Shown here piece after piece: positions 1-11,130 of a stretch of 64,000 bases of DNA. The notes below the pieces were generated by a model, which saw nothing but the letters and a program-made list of their open reading frames with translations, did no database searches and was not told the DNA's origin. Numbering within the stretch: position 1 is the stretch's first letter; each line of letters opens with the position of its first letter. The stretch is from Psammoneis japonica. Taxonomy: Eukaryota. The stretch lies in the NCBI GenBank assembly GCA_008632985.1, contig QPGO01000006.1, positions 555,138 through 619,137 of the forward strand, in the 5' to 3' direction. The position numbers and the translations under genes are program-made.

Positions 1-531
1 TTGCTTGCTTTGCTGCACTGCTTGTAGAACTGGGAGAGCCAAAGGCATCGATGCAAAGAAGCTAGAAGCATCCAACACCAATTGTGGTCAATCTTTGGAT
101 GATGATGATTGCAAACTTTCTCACTTTTGCAGGCATTCTTTGCATTGTCATTGTTGAGGCAAACTTGAGATGTGCTCTGTTCTGGGTGACTGCAGCTTTG
201 ACCCAATGTCAAAGTCATTGCAAAGTTCTTCAAAAACACTTTTTGCTCCTCCAAAACATTGTTTGGAACAAGAACCCAACAAAATGCCTGCATGAGGACA
301 GTCTTGTCTCTCCTGTTCTCATTTGGTGTCATTTGGGTGTGGTGCGACGGCAGCTGTTCTGGCCACATTTGTCATGCTCAACACCACCCAAGAGGGCCCT
401 TGCTTCCTCAGCCAATTGTGGCTGTGGTCAGTTTGCTGCTCTTGTTCTGCAGCGAGCAGTTGGCTGCACATGAATGTGGCAGCAATGATCCAATCTGGAT
501 GTGCTGGGAGTGTTTTTTTGTGCTGTCATGG
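1..531. repeat. Heavily degenerated repeat relic (TA- and CG-poor, TG/CA-rich); host site of the Gypsy insertion
   Basis: Very few TA or CG dinucleotides; only spurious Cys/His-rich ORFs; the same composition resumes after 3680. Confidence 0.6.
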
Positions 532-956
532 TGCAGCATGCCTCGCTGCTGGACAACACGGCGAGACCGTGTACAAGCCTCTTGTGCATGGCAACGCAGC
601 ATTGTTAACACGCACCTGGGAAGCACGACCACAGGAGGGCATGGCTCTAGGTCCCAGGCAATTCCAGAAGGATGCTGAGAGAGCATCCGTGTGAAGCACA
701 CCAGCCCGTCGTCTGGCCCACGATGGTGGCGTGATTCCACATGATGACATCACTCGTGCATGGCGCGTGATGGCTTGATTCGCACGATCCACAACGTGAA
801 CGCACGATCAATTTAATGCGATCCAAATGCGAACGAATGGGGATTTGGCAAGATTCCCTGTTCGCACGATCCCATTTTCTCCACTCTAAACTGGCTCACA
901 ATTTTCACAACAACAAAGTCGCAACACATCTTCTTTTTCAGCGCCTGGTGCATGCA
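532..956 (+). repeat. 5' LTR (425 bp)
   Basis: Aligns without gaps to 3256-3680; begins TG and ends CA. Confidence 0.95.
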
Positions 957-1026
957 TGGGGCACAGTGAGACATCACTCCCGCATGTTGTGCGAGGTGAC
1001 GAAATCTACAGAAATGAAACTACGAA

Positions 1027-3300
1027 ATGTTGGCAGGACCGACAAATCTTAAAACGACCATGAAGAAGCAGATTGAGCCGCCGATTCCGTTCGCACGGCC
1101 GGAGAAGAAAGAGCTGCAGCAGGGCGAGTGCCAGACGTTCAAGCTGCGTAACAACCCTGCTGATCCGGATGGTCCAACGCATGAGATGGGCATTCCGCAC
1201 CTTTCTGCGGCTACATGCGAGACACTCCCAATCTTTCTACGCAACGTGGATCGCGTGCACGAAGGACAAAACATCACGACCGGGCCAGCGAAATTTGCCC
1301 TCATGCGTGACCTGCCACAGGGCGATGCTCTGACGTCATTCAATGATGCCGCTGACAAGCAGGCATCCCAAACCAACGCTGCGCACGCAGCATGCGTCGC
1401 GAAGCTAAAGGAAAGCATCTTCCCACATGGGGCGGTGCCATTGCAGAAGCGTTGTCTGAGGCGCTTCATGCGCAAGCCCGCAGAGGTTTCTGCTCGTGAC
1501 TGCGTCGCGAGGGCTGTTGAAATTAATGGCTGCATCTCTCAGTTTCCACCCGTGACAGAGGATGGAGAAACACCGGCACCATCACCTGATGACGAACATC
1601 CTGATTTTAACAAACCCTTTGAGACACATGCCGATGCCTCTAAATGTCAATTGGGAGCAGTTGCATCCCAGGACAACAAACCTGTCGCCTTTTACAGCAG
1701 AAAGCTCAACAGTGCGCAATTAAATTGTGCAACAACGGAGAGAGAATTGCTCGCCATTGTGGAGATGTTGAAAGAATTTCGAACGATTCTCCTTGGTCAT
1801 CGTGTGATCACACATGCTGATCATAAAAATCTTACGTACAAAGTGCTCAACACCGAGCGCGTTATGCGCTGGCGGTTGGCATGCGAAGAATGCGGTCCCG
1901 AATTGCGCCATGTTGAGGGCACCCACAACCCAGTCGCTGACGCTCTTGGTCGCCTTCGACCAGCACCCAGCTTGCCTTCTGAGGCTAATCCGGATGTAAA
2001 AGACACTCCATCGAGTCATCCTTTGCATGAAGCTTTTAATGCAGATGCGCAAGATGAGCCATCTCTGCCTGTTGGCTTCAAGCGCATTCAAAAAGCACAA
2101 CAAAAGGACAAGCGCCTGCTCTCAAGAGCCAAGGACTCGTCCGACTGCTCCATTCGCGCGTGTCGTGGGGGAGGGTCATCACGACAGTTAATCTGTCATA
2201 AGGACAAAATCGTCGCACCACAGTCATTGCAGGTTCCGCTAACTGAATGGTGCCACAAGACACTGTGTCATCCAGGTGAGACACGCACGGAAATGTCCAT
2301 TGCCCAGCACTTCTGTTGGCCTGGCATGAGGTCTACGGTGCATTCTACGTGCATCAAGTGCGATCGATGCCAGAAGACAAAACGCCGAACGCAGCATCAT
2401 GGGAAGCCACCAGAAAAGGTCGCAGAGACAATTCCATGGGAGACTCTGTGCATGGATGTGATGGGGCCACATAAAATTCAAAGATGCGGAAAGGACACCT
2501 TGCAATTGTGGGCAGTCACAATGATTGACCCAGCAACCGGGTGGTTCGAGATCAAAGAAGTGTCTGCGAAACGTGCAGACATCGCAGCAAACGTCGTAGA
2601 ACAAACGTGGCCATGCAGACATCCGTGGCCAACCCAGGTGGTTTATGACCGTGGGACAGAATTTATGGCAGAATTTAGCCAGATGATTAAAAATGACTGT
2701 GGGATTTTGAAGAAACCCACAAGTGAACGGAATCCACAGGCGAACGCCACAGTGGAACATGTGTGCCAGACACTTGGTGACATGGTGCGTTCCTTTTCAG
2801 CACAGGACATGGAACTGGACAAAGATGACCCATGGAGTGGCATCCTCTCCGCAGCAGCCTTCGCTGTTAGAGCTGCGGTGCATGCGACCACGCGTGCAAG
2901 TCCCATGCAATTGGTCCTCGGACGCGATGCGGTTTTGTCCATTGCCCATCGTGCCAAGTGGAAGTGCACAGAAACCAGAAAGCAGAAGCTTGTCCACTTG
3001 AACAACAAGCGTGAAAATCAGAAACGCAAGGAGCATCAACATGCCGCAGGGCAATTGGCACTTGTCAAACAGGAACAATCCTCTAAATGCAGTTCTGACA
3101 GCTGTGCAGGACCCGCCAGAGTTGTCCGTGTGTGTGACAACGGCACGTTGCGTGTCCAGAATGGAGCGCTGACAGACGCACACAATCTACGGCAGATTGC
3201 ACCCTGTCACCAGCAAGACATTCTGTCACTTGGCGGCCCTGATCATGGGGGAGTGTGCAGCATGCCTCGCCACTGGACAACACGGCGAGACCGTGCATGA
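1027..3300 (+). pseudogene. Gypsy gag fragment fused in frame to RNase H and integrase; protease and RT missing; hypermutated
   Basis: RNase H motifs HADAS..QLGAV, AFYSRKL, ERELLAIV, DHKNL, VADAL; integrase H-H-C-C zinc finger and catalytic core (PWETLCMD, YDRGTEF, NPQANATVE). Confidence 0.9.
3247..3255 (+). other. Polypurine tract of the Gypsy element
   Basis: gggggagtg immediately 5' of the 3' LTR. Confidence 0.75.
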
Positions 3301-3680
3301 GCCTCTTGCACGTGGCAACGTGGCATTGTCAACACGCACCTGGGAAGCACGACCACAGGAGGGCGTGGCTCTAGGTCTTAGGCAATTCCAGAAGGATGCT
3401 GAGAGAGCATCCGTGTGAAGCACACTAGCCCGTCGTCTGGCCCACGATGGTGGCGTGATTCCACACGATGACATCACTCGTGCATGGCGCGTGATGGCTT
3501 GATTCGCACGATCCATAATGCGAACGCACGATCGATTTAATGCGATCCAAATGCGAACGAATAGGGATTTGGCAAGATTCCCTATTCGTACGATCCCATT
3601 TTCTCTACTCTAAACTAGCTCATAATTTTCACAACGACAAAGTCGTAACACATCTTCTTTTTCAGCGCCTAGCACATACA
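3256..3680 (+). repeat. 3' LTR (425 bp)
   Basis: Direct repeat of 532-956 with about 32 transition mismatches. Confidence 0.95.
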
Positions 3681-5330
3681 CAGGGCAATGGTGCTGTGTG
3701 CAGCACGCTGGAGGTAGATCAAAGCCCTGACATTGTGCACCAAGGCAGGCATTTTTTCTTGTCAAGCTTTCTGAAAGCTGTGTGTGAGTTCACAATGGCA
3801 CCCCCAACCCAAGTGAAAACAACGTCATTGCAAACAACATGTGTGCAACTGCAAAGTGTGCACAGCAGCACACACACCCCCTTGCTTCTCAACCATCTGC
3901 TCCTGTGAGTCTGCAAGCACTGCTCTCTTCATCTTTGCACAGTGCACACCCAAGAAAAGAAAGTTTGCAAGTTGACAGCTGGGCCTCACTCAACATGGGC
4001 AATGAGCCCCACCAAACTCATCAAAAACCTGTTGCAACCCTTGCTTTTGCTGAGCATGGCTTGCCAAGAGCACTGGACATGCAATCTGGTGATGCAATTG
4101 CTTGCTGGCACAAGTTTTTCACCACAAAAAAAAATGCACAAGGGACAGTTGCCCTGGGTTGGCAAGAAGTGACAAAGCCCAAAGTGGTTGCCAAGGCAAA
4201 TTTCGCTTTAAAAAAAGGTGACAGCTGCTGCTCCACATTGTTTTGGCAGCTTTGCTGTGGCTCTGGTTTGTTTGGCATGGGGGTTCTTGTGAGCAGAGTG
4301 GTTGTTTCTTTTGCATTTTCTGATTTGGCAGTGCACTTGGTGACCATCAGTTGGGCTGGTTGTTGTGTTGACAAAAAATGTGCTGGCCAGCTGTGCCATG
4401 ACCCAGGCTGTCATTTTGCACATTGCTTGCTGCTCCTGCTCATGGAAAGCAGCTCAGCAACACAGAAAAGTCATCCCTGAGACAGAGCTTTTGTTGTCAA
4501 CTTGAACTCAGGCATGCTCATGTCGACTGAGCAGGTGCTGCGCTTCTTGGAAACAGCTCATCACAAAGGCTTGTCTCTTTGAGTGATGGGCACAACAGAC
4601 TGCCACAACACTTGGCTTGTTCTCACCTTTTCCAGAGCCTTTTTGCCATCTGGGGACCATGAGATTGGCTGTTGGTAACCTCTCACTTGCCAAAGTGGAG
4701 CAAAGCAGAGAGCTTGTTTTGTTCTCAGCCATGTGAGCATGATGGCGACAAAGCTCTGAGCAAACAGAGCTTGGCACATGGCATCAGCGCACATTTCAGC
4801 GCAGTCCAAAAACACGGGGCAAGCTCAGGTCAGAGGGATGGCGCCCAACCCTGCTTTCTCCTTTTCTTCATGAGCGAGCACCTCTCTCCCCGCAAGAGCC
4901 AATGTGCCCAGCTGGGAGCATCTTCATCATCTCTTTGGCTCAAAGCCTCAAACCATTTGTGCCTGCATCGGATTTATGCACATTGTGGGAAGACAATGAG
5001 GAGCATTCTGGAGAGCTGCCTCCTGAGTTTTTCCAAGTTTGGGTGGAGCTGTGGTGACGAGGAGCTTTGGTTTTTGGGCGTCAATCAAAACAATGGCACC
5101 GTGCCTCACAGATGTTTGCAGATGATGTGAACACAAGAAGAAGCACAAGAAGTGCAATCCACACCTTGCAGTGAAGAGAAAGATGGCTTGCCACCACCAG
5201 CAGATCAGCTCTCTTCTCTCTCTCTCTCTACCAGCAGCAGAGTAGAGAGCAACTGCCAGTGGCACCTGGTGGCTCGAACCGCATGCAAACAAAAAAAAGT
5301 GTCACTGTTGCCTCATTCTGTAGGGTTCTT
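3681..5330. repeat. Unidentified degenerate repeat relic
   Basis: Near absence of TA and CG; abrupt return to normal composition at about 5330. Confidence 0.6.
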
Positions 5331-5589
5331 TCGTTAAATGAAGGTCATCATTACATCAAAATTACTTAAGGAGCTGTGACAACGAAGAATACTTCGTTTT
5401 CCTATTGACATTTCATCGTCGTTGCAGTTGCGAATCGGTGTCAAAACAAGGTGTCACGCCTTTGATGGCAGGTTTGAGGAAGGAGCAGAAATGCGAAGAT
5501 CTGATGAAGATCATCCTACAGTACCAATGTACCCATCAATCGTCTCACAAACACAATTGCAACGCAACATAATCTGACACTTTCAAAAA

Positions 5590-6102
5590 ATGAATCAACT
5601 TCTTCTGTTTCCGTCGTTTCTTCTTCTTGTCGTTTCCGCGCAAGCTGCCTTCATCACTCGGCACGCGATTGTCCCGTTCCACAAGAGCGCCACCACAAGA
5701 CGTCACGTTGCATCGGTGGACTGGATCCAAGAATCTGGCGTAACAGATCAACAGGTTGAAGCCACCCCTGCTCCTTGGGTGAAAAAATCAAGCATGTATC
5801 AAGCAGTCGAGTGCGCCGAGGATGAATGCGACCTGAACGAAGTGACGTATCATTTATCTTCCCTCATGCAACTCGACGACGAATGTCTCTTTTATGATGC
5901 ATTCGAGAGCGAACCGACCGCGGAATGCTCAAATACACAAGATAGGCATTTAGTGCAACGAATTCTGGAACTCAAGAGTGAGCTTCACTCACTTCAAAAC
6001 GATTTGAAGGGAAACAAGTCTGTCAATTCAATCAAGAAGGGATACAACGAAGAGTTGCAGAATCATTGGTACAATGATTATCTGAACTTTTACCACATGT
6101 AA
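5590..6102 (+). CDS. Hypothetical 170-aa protein, probably plastid-targeted or secreted
   Basis: Hydrophobic signal peptide followed by an AQA-AF (ASAFAP-like) motif; clean ORF with normal composition. Confidence 0.7.
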   Translation: MNQLLLFPSFLLLVVSAQAAFITRHAIVPFHKSATTRRHVASVDWIQESGVTDQQVEATPAPWVKKSSMYQAVECAEDECDLNEVTYHLSSLMQLDDECLFYDAFESEPTAECSNTQDRHLVQRILELKSELHSLQNDLKGNKSVNSIKKGYNEELQNHWYNDYLNFYHM

Positions 6103-6433
6103 TTCTTCTTTTCGAAGAATTACCTTTTGCTACGCTATATAAAACCGCTTTGCTATGTTATCCCTTTGACTCTAGCGTTCGTCCATTTTAAGTTTGTTTT
6201 CTTGTTTCGTTCTGAAATGAATCGTGGAGGCTTGGCAAGTATTACTAATGTGGCCGGAAGGACATTCTTGTCATAGATTATTGCCAAACACTACTGTATA
6301 TGTCTTCGAAACCTATCCAACCTTGTCGCCAATAATGCATGTTTTATGTCCGCTTTGATGAAGTATTCTTCAAATAACAACCATTCTTGCGCGTACGAAT
6401 AACTTTCTCGCTACGTTTGTAAGAATGGATGCT

Positions 6434-7557
6434 TCAATATAGTCTTCCATAACCAGGACGATCTCGAGGTGAAATGACAAGCATGGATTTCAGAGAATCG
6501 ACCGCTTGAGCTCTTTTATCCTTGCTGCCACTGTCGAGTCGTACAAAGGACGTTTCTCTGCGCATTGTCTCTTGGCATTTCATCATCGCTTTGAAACAAC
6601 ATGTTCTTGCTCTTGTACCCAGGTATAATGTCAAATTTTCCATCGTCCGCGAGGCTGCTAATGGGAATCACGGAGTTGCCTCCAATGTGCTCCAATGTAG
6701 CTCTGAGTCTGTCACAATGAAGTGGTGGCTCTTCCTCAAAAGTTGATCCGCTTTCCCAACAGCAAGGGTAATAGAAATTAACCGCACAAGCAAAATGCCA
6801 ATCGACCAAATATCATATTGCCAAAGATTGGTGTATCGTAGCTGCACCTCTGTACCATTAACAATCACGTGCTCTATCCATCCTTCGGGGGGGGAGAAGC
6901 TTCGAATTAGAGCCGTCTTCATAGCATACTTCCTCCAGCTTTTGTCCTCCGTTCCAGTCAATGATTATTGCACCGCTCCTTGTCATCAAGCCTCCTTGTC
7001 ATCAAACATGGCATTGGATTCGCCATCTAAATCACCATTGCTGAGACCGAGGCTAAAAGGGCGTAATCTAACTGCGAAAGCAAGAGTTTCATAAAGATTT
7101 TCGAATTTCTGGCAGGGTTGCGAGGTGACTGTGCTTGTCGATTGTAGGCTCGCTCGGGACGAGTTTAAGAAATAGGGGACGATATGAACGGTAGTTGAGG
7201 CTGATCCGCTTGGTGTTGCCCATGATATGCCGTCTGTAATGTTTTTCTCGTAGTCCAAGGTCCAAGCCCTGTTGGAACGGATTTGAAACGTTTTGGTCGG
7301 CAAACACCAGCTCAGTCATTTAACGGCTTCAATTCCATAAGATTCACATAAACCATGTCTCTGATAATTTTGAAAGTCATTCTTGATGGTTTCCCTCCCT
7401 TTTCTTCCCACCAACAGTCGGGCGTGACGCCGCAAGCCGCAAAGCAGCATCGAAAAGTTATCCATACTAGTCTCCTGTGAAGGTTAGCGTGTTGTCTACT
7501 CGTTTGTGACTTATGATGGTGATTCTGAGGACAACAGCAGTAATTAAGAGCATCCAA
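6434..7557 (-). pseudogene. Frameshifted protein-kinase-like gene
   Basis: Across frames and in the correct order: GDLDGESNAMF (catalytic-loop-like), IIDWN (DFG-like), LLPPEGW (APE-like), YDIWSIGILL (subdomain IX). Confidence 0.6.
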
Positions 7558-9322
7558 GATGCATCTACTAGTCGATCAGTGAATGGACGGGAGCTACCGT
7601 AGCTGCCCGAGCGATCTCGGCGAGGTCATGGCTATCCTTTCGCGGGTGCAGTTTTCCGTCCCAGCTCCATGATGCCACGTGTAAAAATTAAACCCCCGTT
7701 TTTAACCAAATACCCACCTCGATCGACTAACAGTATACAGATACGAAGTTCAGCACACTTTTGGGGGCCTAGAATGGGGGTGGACGTTAGTTACTTGCCA
7801 ATCACTGAATGTTGACTCTCGCACTTGCCCGTGTAATAAAGGTGCTCCACGAAAAGTTAGTTCTATTTTGAAATACCAGATACCATGAACAATACATACC
7901 TATTACATTCTCGCAAGACATCGGTTTAAAGAGTATGAGACCGATAATGCTCATATCTTGTGTATTTTGTGGCTCTAGCGGGGGTCAAAGTCTAGCTAAT
8001 TCTTCCAAAAATTTCGAGTCGAATGGGTCATGCGGGATTCAAGACACGTGACTCACCGTACGTGAAGGGCAAATTGACCCTTTCTCGACAGCGAGATTAG
8101 ATGATAACATCAACACAAGACCTATTTCACGGTAGCCCTAATATTCTATTCTCTAATCCGTGGCTGGCCTCGTGACAACTATATTTGACCTCTTTCATGC
8201 TATAGATAGGCCAAGTAATCCATAAAAACTCAATGCAAGCAACACACTTCTGTTTTCACATTTGACATTTGTGTCTTTGCGATCTATCTAGAGTAGATAT
8301 AAGCCAGGGAGGAGCTCTATTCACTAATATTTATCATCCTATAGAATAACATCGTCAGAATAATTTTGTCAACGTTGTTTGACTGCTTTTTTGTTGAACC
8401 GTACGCCAGCATAATTCTTCATTTTCACTCCAATCCGCCCCACTCTCTCCCATTCAAGAACACTTGGCTGAATGCATTACAGTTGCTTTATCAAAGTCTT
8501 ATAAATATTCGTCTGTTCAATACCATTGATCAAATGGGATAGATGATATGACGACGACGTTGGATTCGTTCATGTGCTCATGCTAGGAAAGACAACAAGA
8601 ATTGGCTGCGGCGGCAAGAAAGTTGAGTGAGACAACAAGTGGTGAGCCTTGGACATATTGGTAACACAATTTTGATTTTAAATTTACTTGCCTTTTTATA
8701 AACTCGGACTTTAACACATCGGGTTCCGAAAATCCGGCAAATGGTGAGTTGATGCGTCGTCTGCATGCAACATGGCGTCACGACAAAGCGAAGAGGTGTG
8801 TTTGAATATTTCTCGCCAAAATGAACGTCTCCGAATGGACAATTACAACTGTATATCAATGAGGGTCTAATAGAGCTTCTGTTTTAATGGTCCAAAAAAC
8901 GACGAATGTTTAGACACCTTTTCTACCGCGTCAATGTCATCGTCGGCTCCGGCGGGTTTTTGACAATTTCTCCGTGTTGTCACCACGGGGATGGTCTGTA
9001 CGCTCATCCGGAGCGCGCCGGCCATGCCAGTTTGAAGTTACTTAAGGCCTGGATCTCATAGCAGTGCGGCGGCGGCGGCAGCGCAGGGTAAGATTTATCA
9101 TCATCATTCAAAAATTTATAAATACAATAATAAATGTAGATATTAGGGCATTTAGAATTACCTAATATATTGAACAACGAATTTAAATTTTGAATGTAAC
9201 TCTCGCCAAAACCGCCGCCTCTTCATTCACACTGGCAAAAGTATCGTACTGACAATGAACACGTCATTGAGCAGGAACGAGGGCGACGACAGTGAATCAT
9301 CGATTCATTTCAGTCGGTGAGA

Positions 9323-10612
9323 ATGGCGAGAAATACACAGAGATGCTTCACGACTGCAACAACGGTGCTGTTCCTGCTCTGGATCAACGCAACCCTCTTT
9401 CTCTCACGAACGCACTATGCGCAATTGTCGCCAACGACGATAAGTTTTGAAGGAGTGGATAAGTTTGTTGTCCAAAGCATATCGCAAAGTGCCTCAACAA
9501 GACAAATCAATAATGCAAGTATGGATTCTACACTTGTATTGTCAGAAGCAACTATTGATGGAAAAGTACACCGCCAAAGCAATAACAGCACGCAAAAGGG
9601 ACCGCTAGAAAAACAAACGGGGGCATCAATAATGAATTGGTTGCATTATACTGACCAGGAGGCAAGGAAGGCAGTAACACCGATTTGGAAGTGCCACGAT
9701 TCGGTAGAGGCTCGTCGAGGCAAAAAGTTTGTGTTTGTTCACGTCTTCAAAACCGCAGGATCGTCCATGCGTCAATGGTTGCTGGAATATGCCGTTCGGT
9801 GCGGAGTAAACTTCAGCATGGTTTCGACCTGTACCAACGTAAAGCCCAGTACAATGAAGCGAAAAGGCAAAAAAGATCAAAGTTGGAGTCCTTGTCAATT
9901 GTTGGCACACTTGGACCGAGACCGACAATTCAAAGCATTCCGTCCCCCCGCCAAAGTAAACAATACCTTTGTCGAAAAAGAAGTGGAAATCATGGCGGGC
10001 CATTTCAGAACTGGCAGTACTGACCACTTGCAAACACATCATACGCGTCACTTTAGCTTTTTCCGAAACGCCGTAACAAAGTTTGTGAGCGCCAAGCTTT
10101 ATATCAAAATGAATCACCCCAATGTCACCATGGACGACGTGATTAAAGATATCTGCAACCATGCTACAAACAGCATAAAAAATGGCGAGTACTATTCCAG
10201 ATACAGTGACTATCTCTTGACACCCCAACAAAGAGGAATGTTTGAATTGAAGACACGACATAATGAAGCAATCATTCAAAATGCAACGCGCGTCATACTG
10301 GCAAACTTGGTGGAACAAAATGTTCTGGTTGGAGTCGTGGAGCGAATGGATGCTAGCATGGAACTCTTGCAGTACGTACTCGGCGACAACCCAAAAGAGA
10401 AGAGAAGGAGATTGGCATTGACCGGTAGCTTGCGTCATAAGAACCCTTCCAAGGTTCCTTCACGAAAGGTGCTACAAACTATTCGAGATTTCCACCCCCA
10501 TTGCTATGCAACCCTTTTCGAGTTTCAAAAGTATGAGCAAATGATAACAGACTTTGCAACGGAGATGCACGTGAAACAGTACGAGGCTTTTCAGAATACA
10601 AGAGACAGATAA
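9323..10612 (+). CDS. Type II membrane sulfotransferase-like protein
   Basis: N-terminal TM segment; FVHVFKTAGSS 5'-PAPS-binding motif; FFRNAVTKFVS 3'-PB-like motif. Confidence 0.75.
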   Translation: MARNTQRCFTTATTVLFLLWINATLFLSRTHYAQLSPTTISFEGVDKFVVQSISQSASTRQINNASMDSTLVLSEATIDGKVHRQSNNSTQKGPLEKQTGASIMNWLHYTDQEARKAVTPIWKCHDSVEARRGKKFVFVHVFKTAGSSMRQWLLEYAVRCGVNFSMVSTCTNVKPSTMKRKGKKDQSWSPCQLLAHLDRDRQFKAFRPPAKVNNTFVEKEVEIMAGHFRTGSTDHLQTHHTRHFSFFRNAVTKFVSAKLYIKMNHPNVTMDDVIKDICNHATNSIKNGEYYSRYSDYLLTPQQRGMFELKTRHNEAIIQNATRVILANLVEQNVLVGVVERMDASMELLQYVLGDNPKEKRRRLALTGSLRHKNPSKVPSRKVLQTIRDFHPHCYATLFEFQKYEQMITDFATEMHVKQYEAFQNTRDR

Positions 10613-11130
10613 CATGTCTTGTTACCATGTCGTGACTCTGAGTAAAGAAATGGATCCCGCCGATAAGAACCTGTCGGCGTAACACCATGCCTTCACGCAA
10701 TACATTCAATGATGGAATACTGTATCCGTTGAATCATGCAGCAACATCAGGAGTCAGGAGCTCTCCGTTAATTCACCTACCTGGGCTTCATTCCCTACTG
10801 GATGATTTGATCGATGGAACGCCGCGACAGTTGCTTTAAATGTAAGCTAGCGCAGCTCCTAATAGAAGTAAATTAGAGTAAACAAGACGACCTTGAAAAG
10901 ATTCAGATTTCGATTCTTCATACCTTGCTTGGCTATAGCTGCAACATGGTCCGTCTGTCCCTCCGCTATGCTCAATGCGTTCCATCAAAATTTGGCGATG
11001 ACGACCCCGGCGACGCATCGCTTTTGTTACTGATCTGATGTCAAGTACCGTGTAAGCTGTCAATGCAAGGTCCTTCATACCGTGCAATCAGTGTCCTCTT
11101 TGCGTTAAAGTAAGTCTAAAACTCAAGAAA

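Larger units (their letters stand above)
532..3680 (+). mobile_element. Internally deleted Ty3/Gypsy LTR retrotransposon
   Basis: Two colinear 425-bp LTRs (TG...CA), polypurine tract before the 3' LTR, RNase H followed by integrase; flanks catgg/caggg are a possible 5-bp TSD with one mismatch. Confidence 0.95.

Noticed and set aside
1027..3300. Alternative genetic code or restorative RNA editing (His/Cys read as Tyr)
   Set aside because: Neighbouring host genes use Tyr normally, and the same changes occur in non-coding LTRs.
532..3680. Classical RIP (CpA->TpA) or CpG deamination alone as the explanation
   Set aside because: Conserved Tyr codons show TA is ancestral, and CG remains abundant inside the element.
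3690..5340. Numerous 60-210 aa Cys/His-rich ORFs here and at 28200-29100, 41100-47800 and 50800-52600
   Set aside because: They overlap in all frames and are nearly Tyr-free, which is explained by stop-codon loss in TA-depleted DNA; not credible genes.
7560..8350. Possible ncRNA or non-autonomous element (short hairpin gggagctac/gtagctgccc)
   Set aside because: No recognisable RNA family motif and no matching termini found.
9043..9090. Possible Harbinger-like terminus (taa|ggcctggatctcatagcag...gcggcggcg)
   Set aside because: No partner inverted repeat found in the window.
9626..10438. Long antisense ORFs over real genes (also 32935-33828 alternative frame, 35076-35681)
   Set aside because: Shadow ORFs without recognisable motifs.
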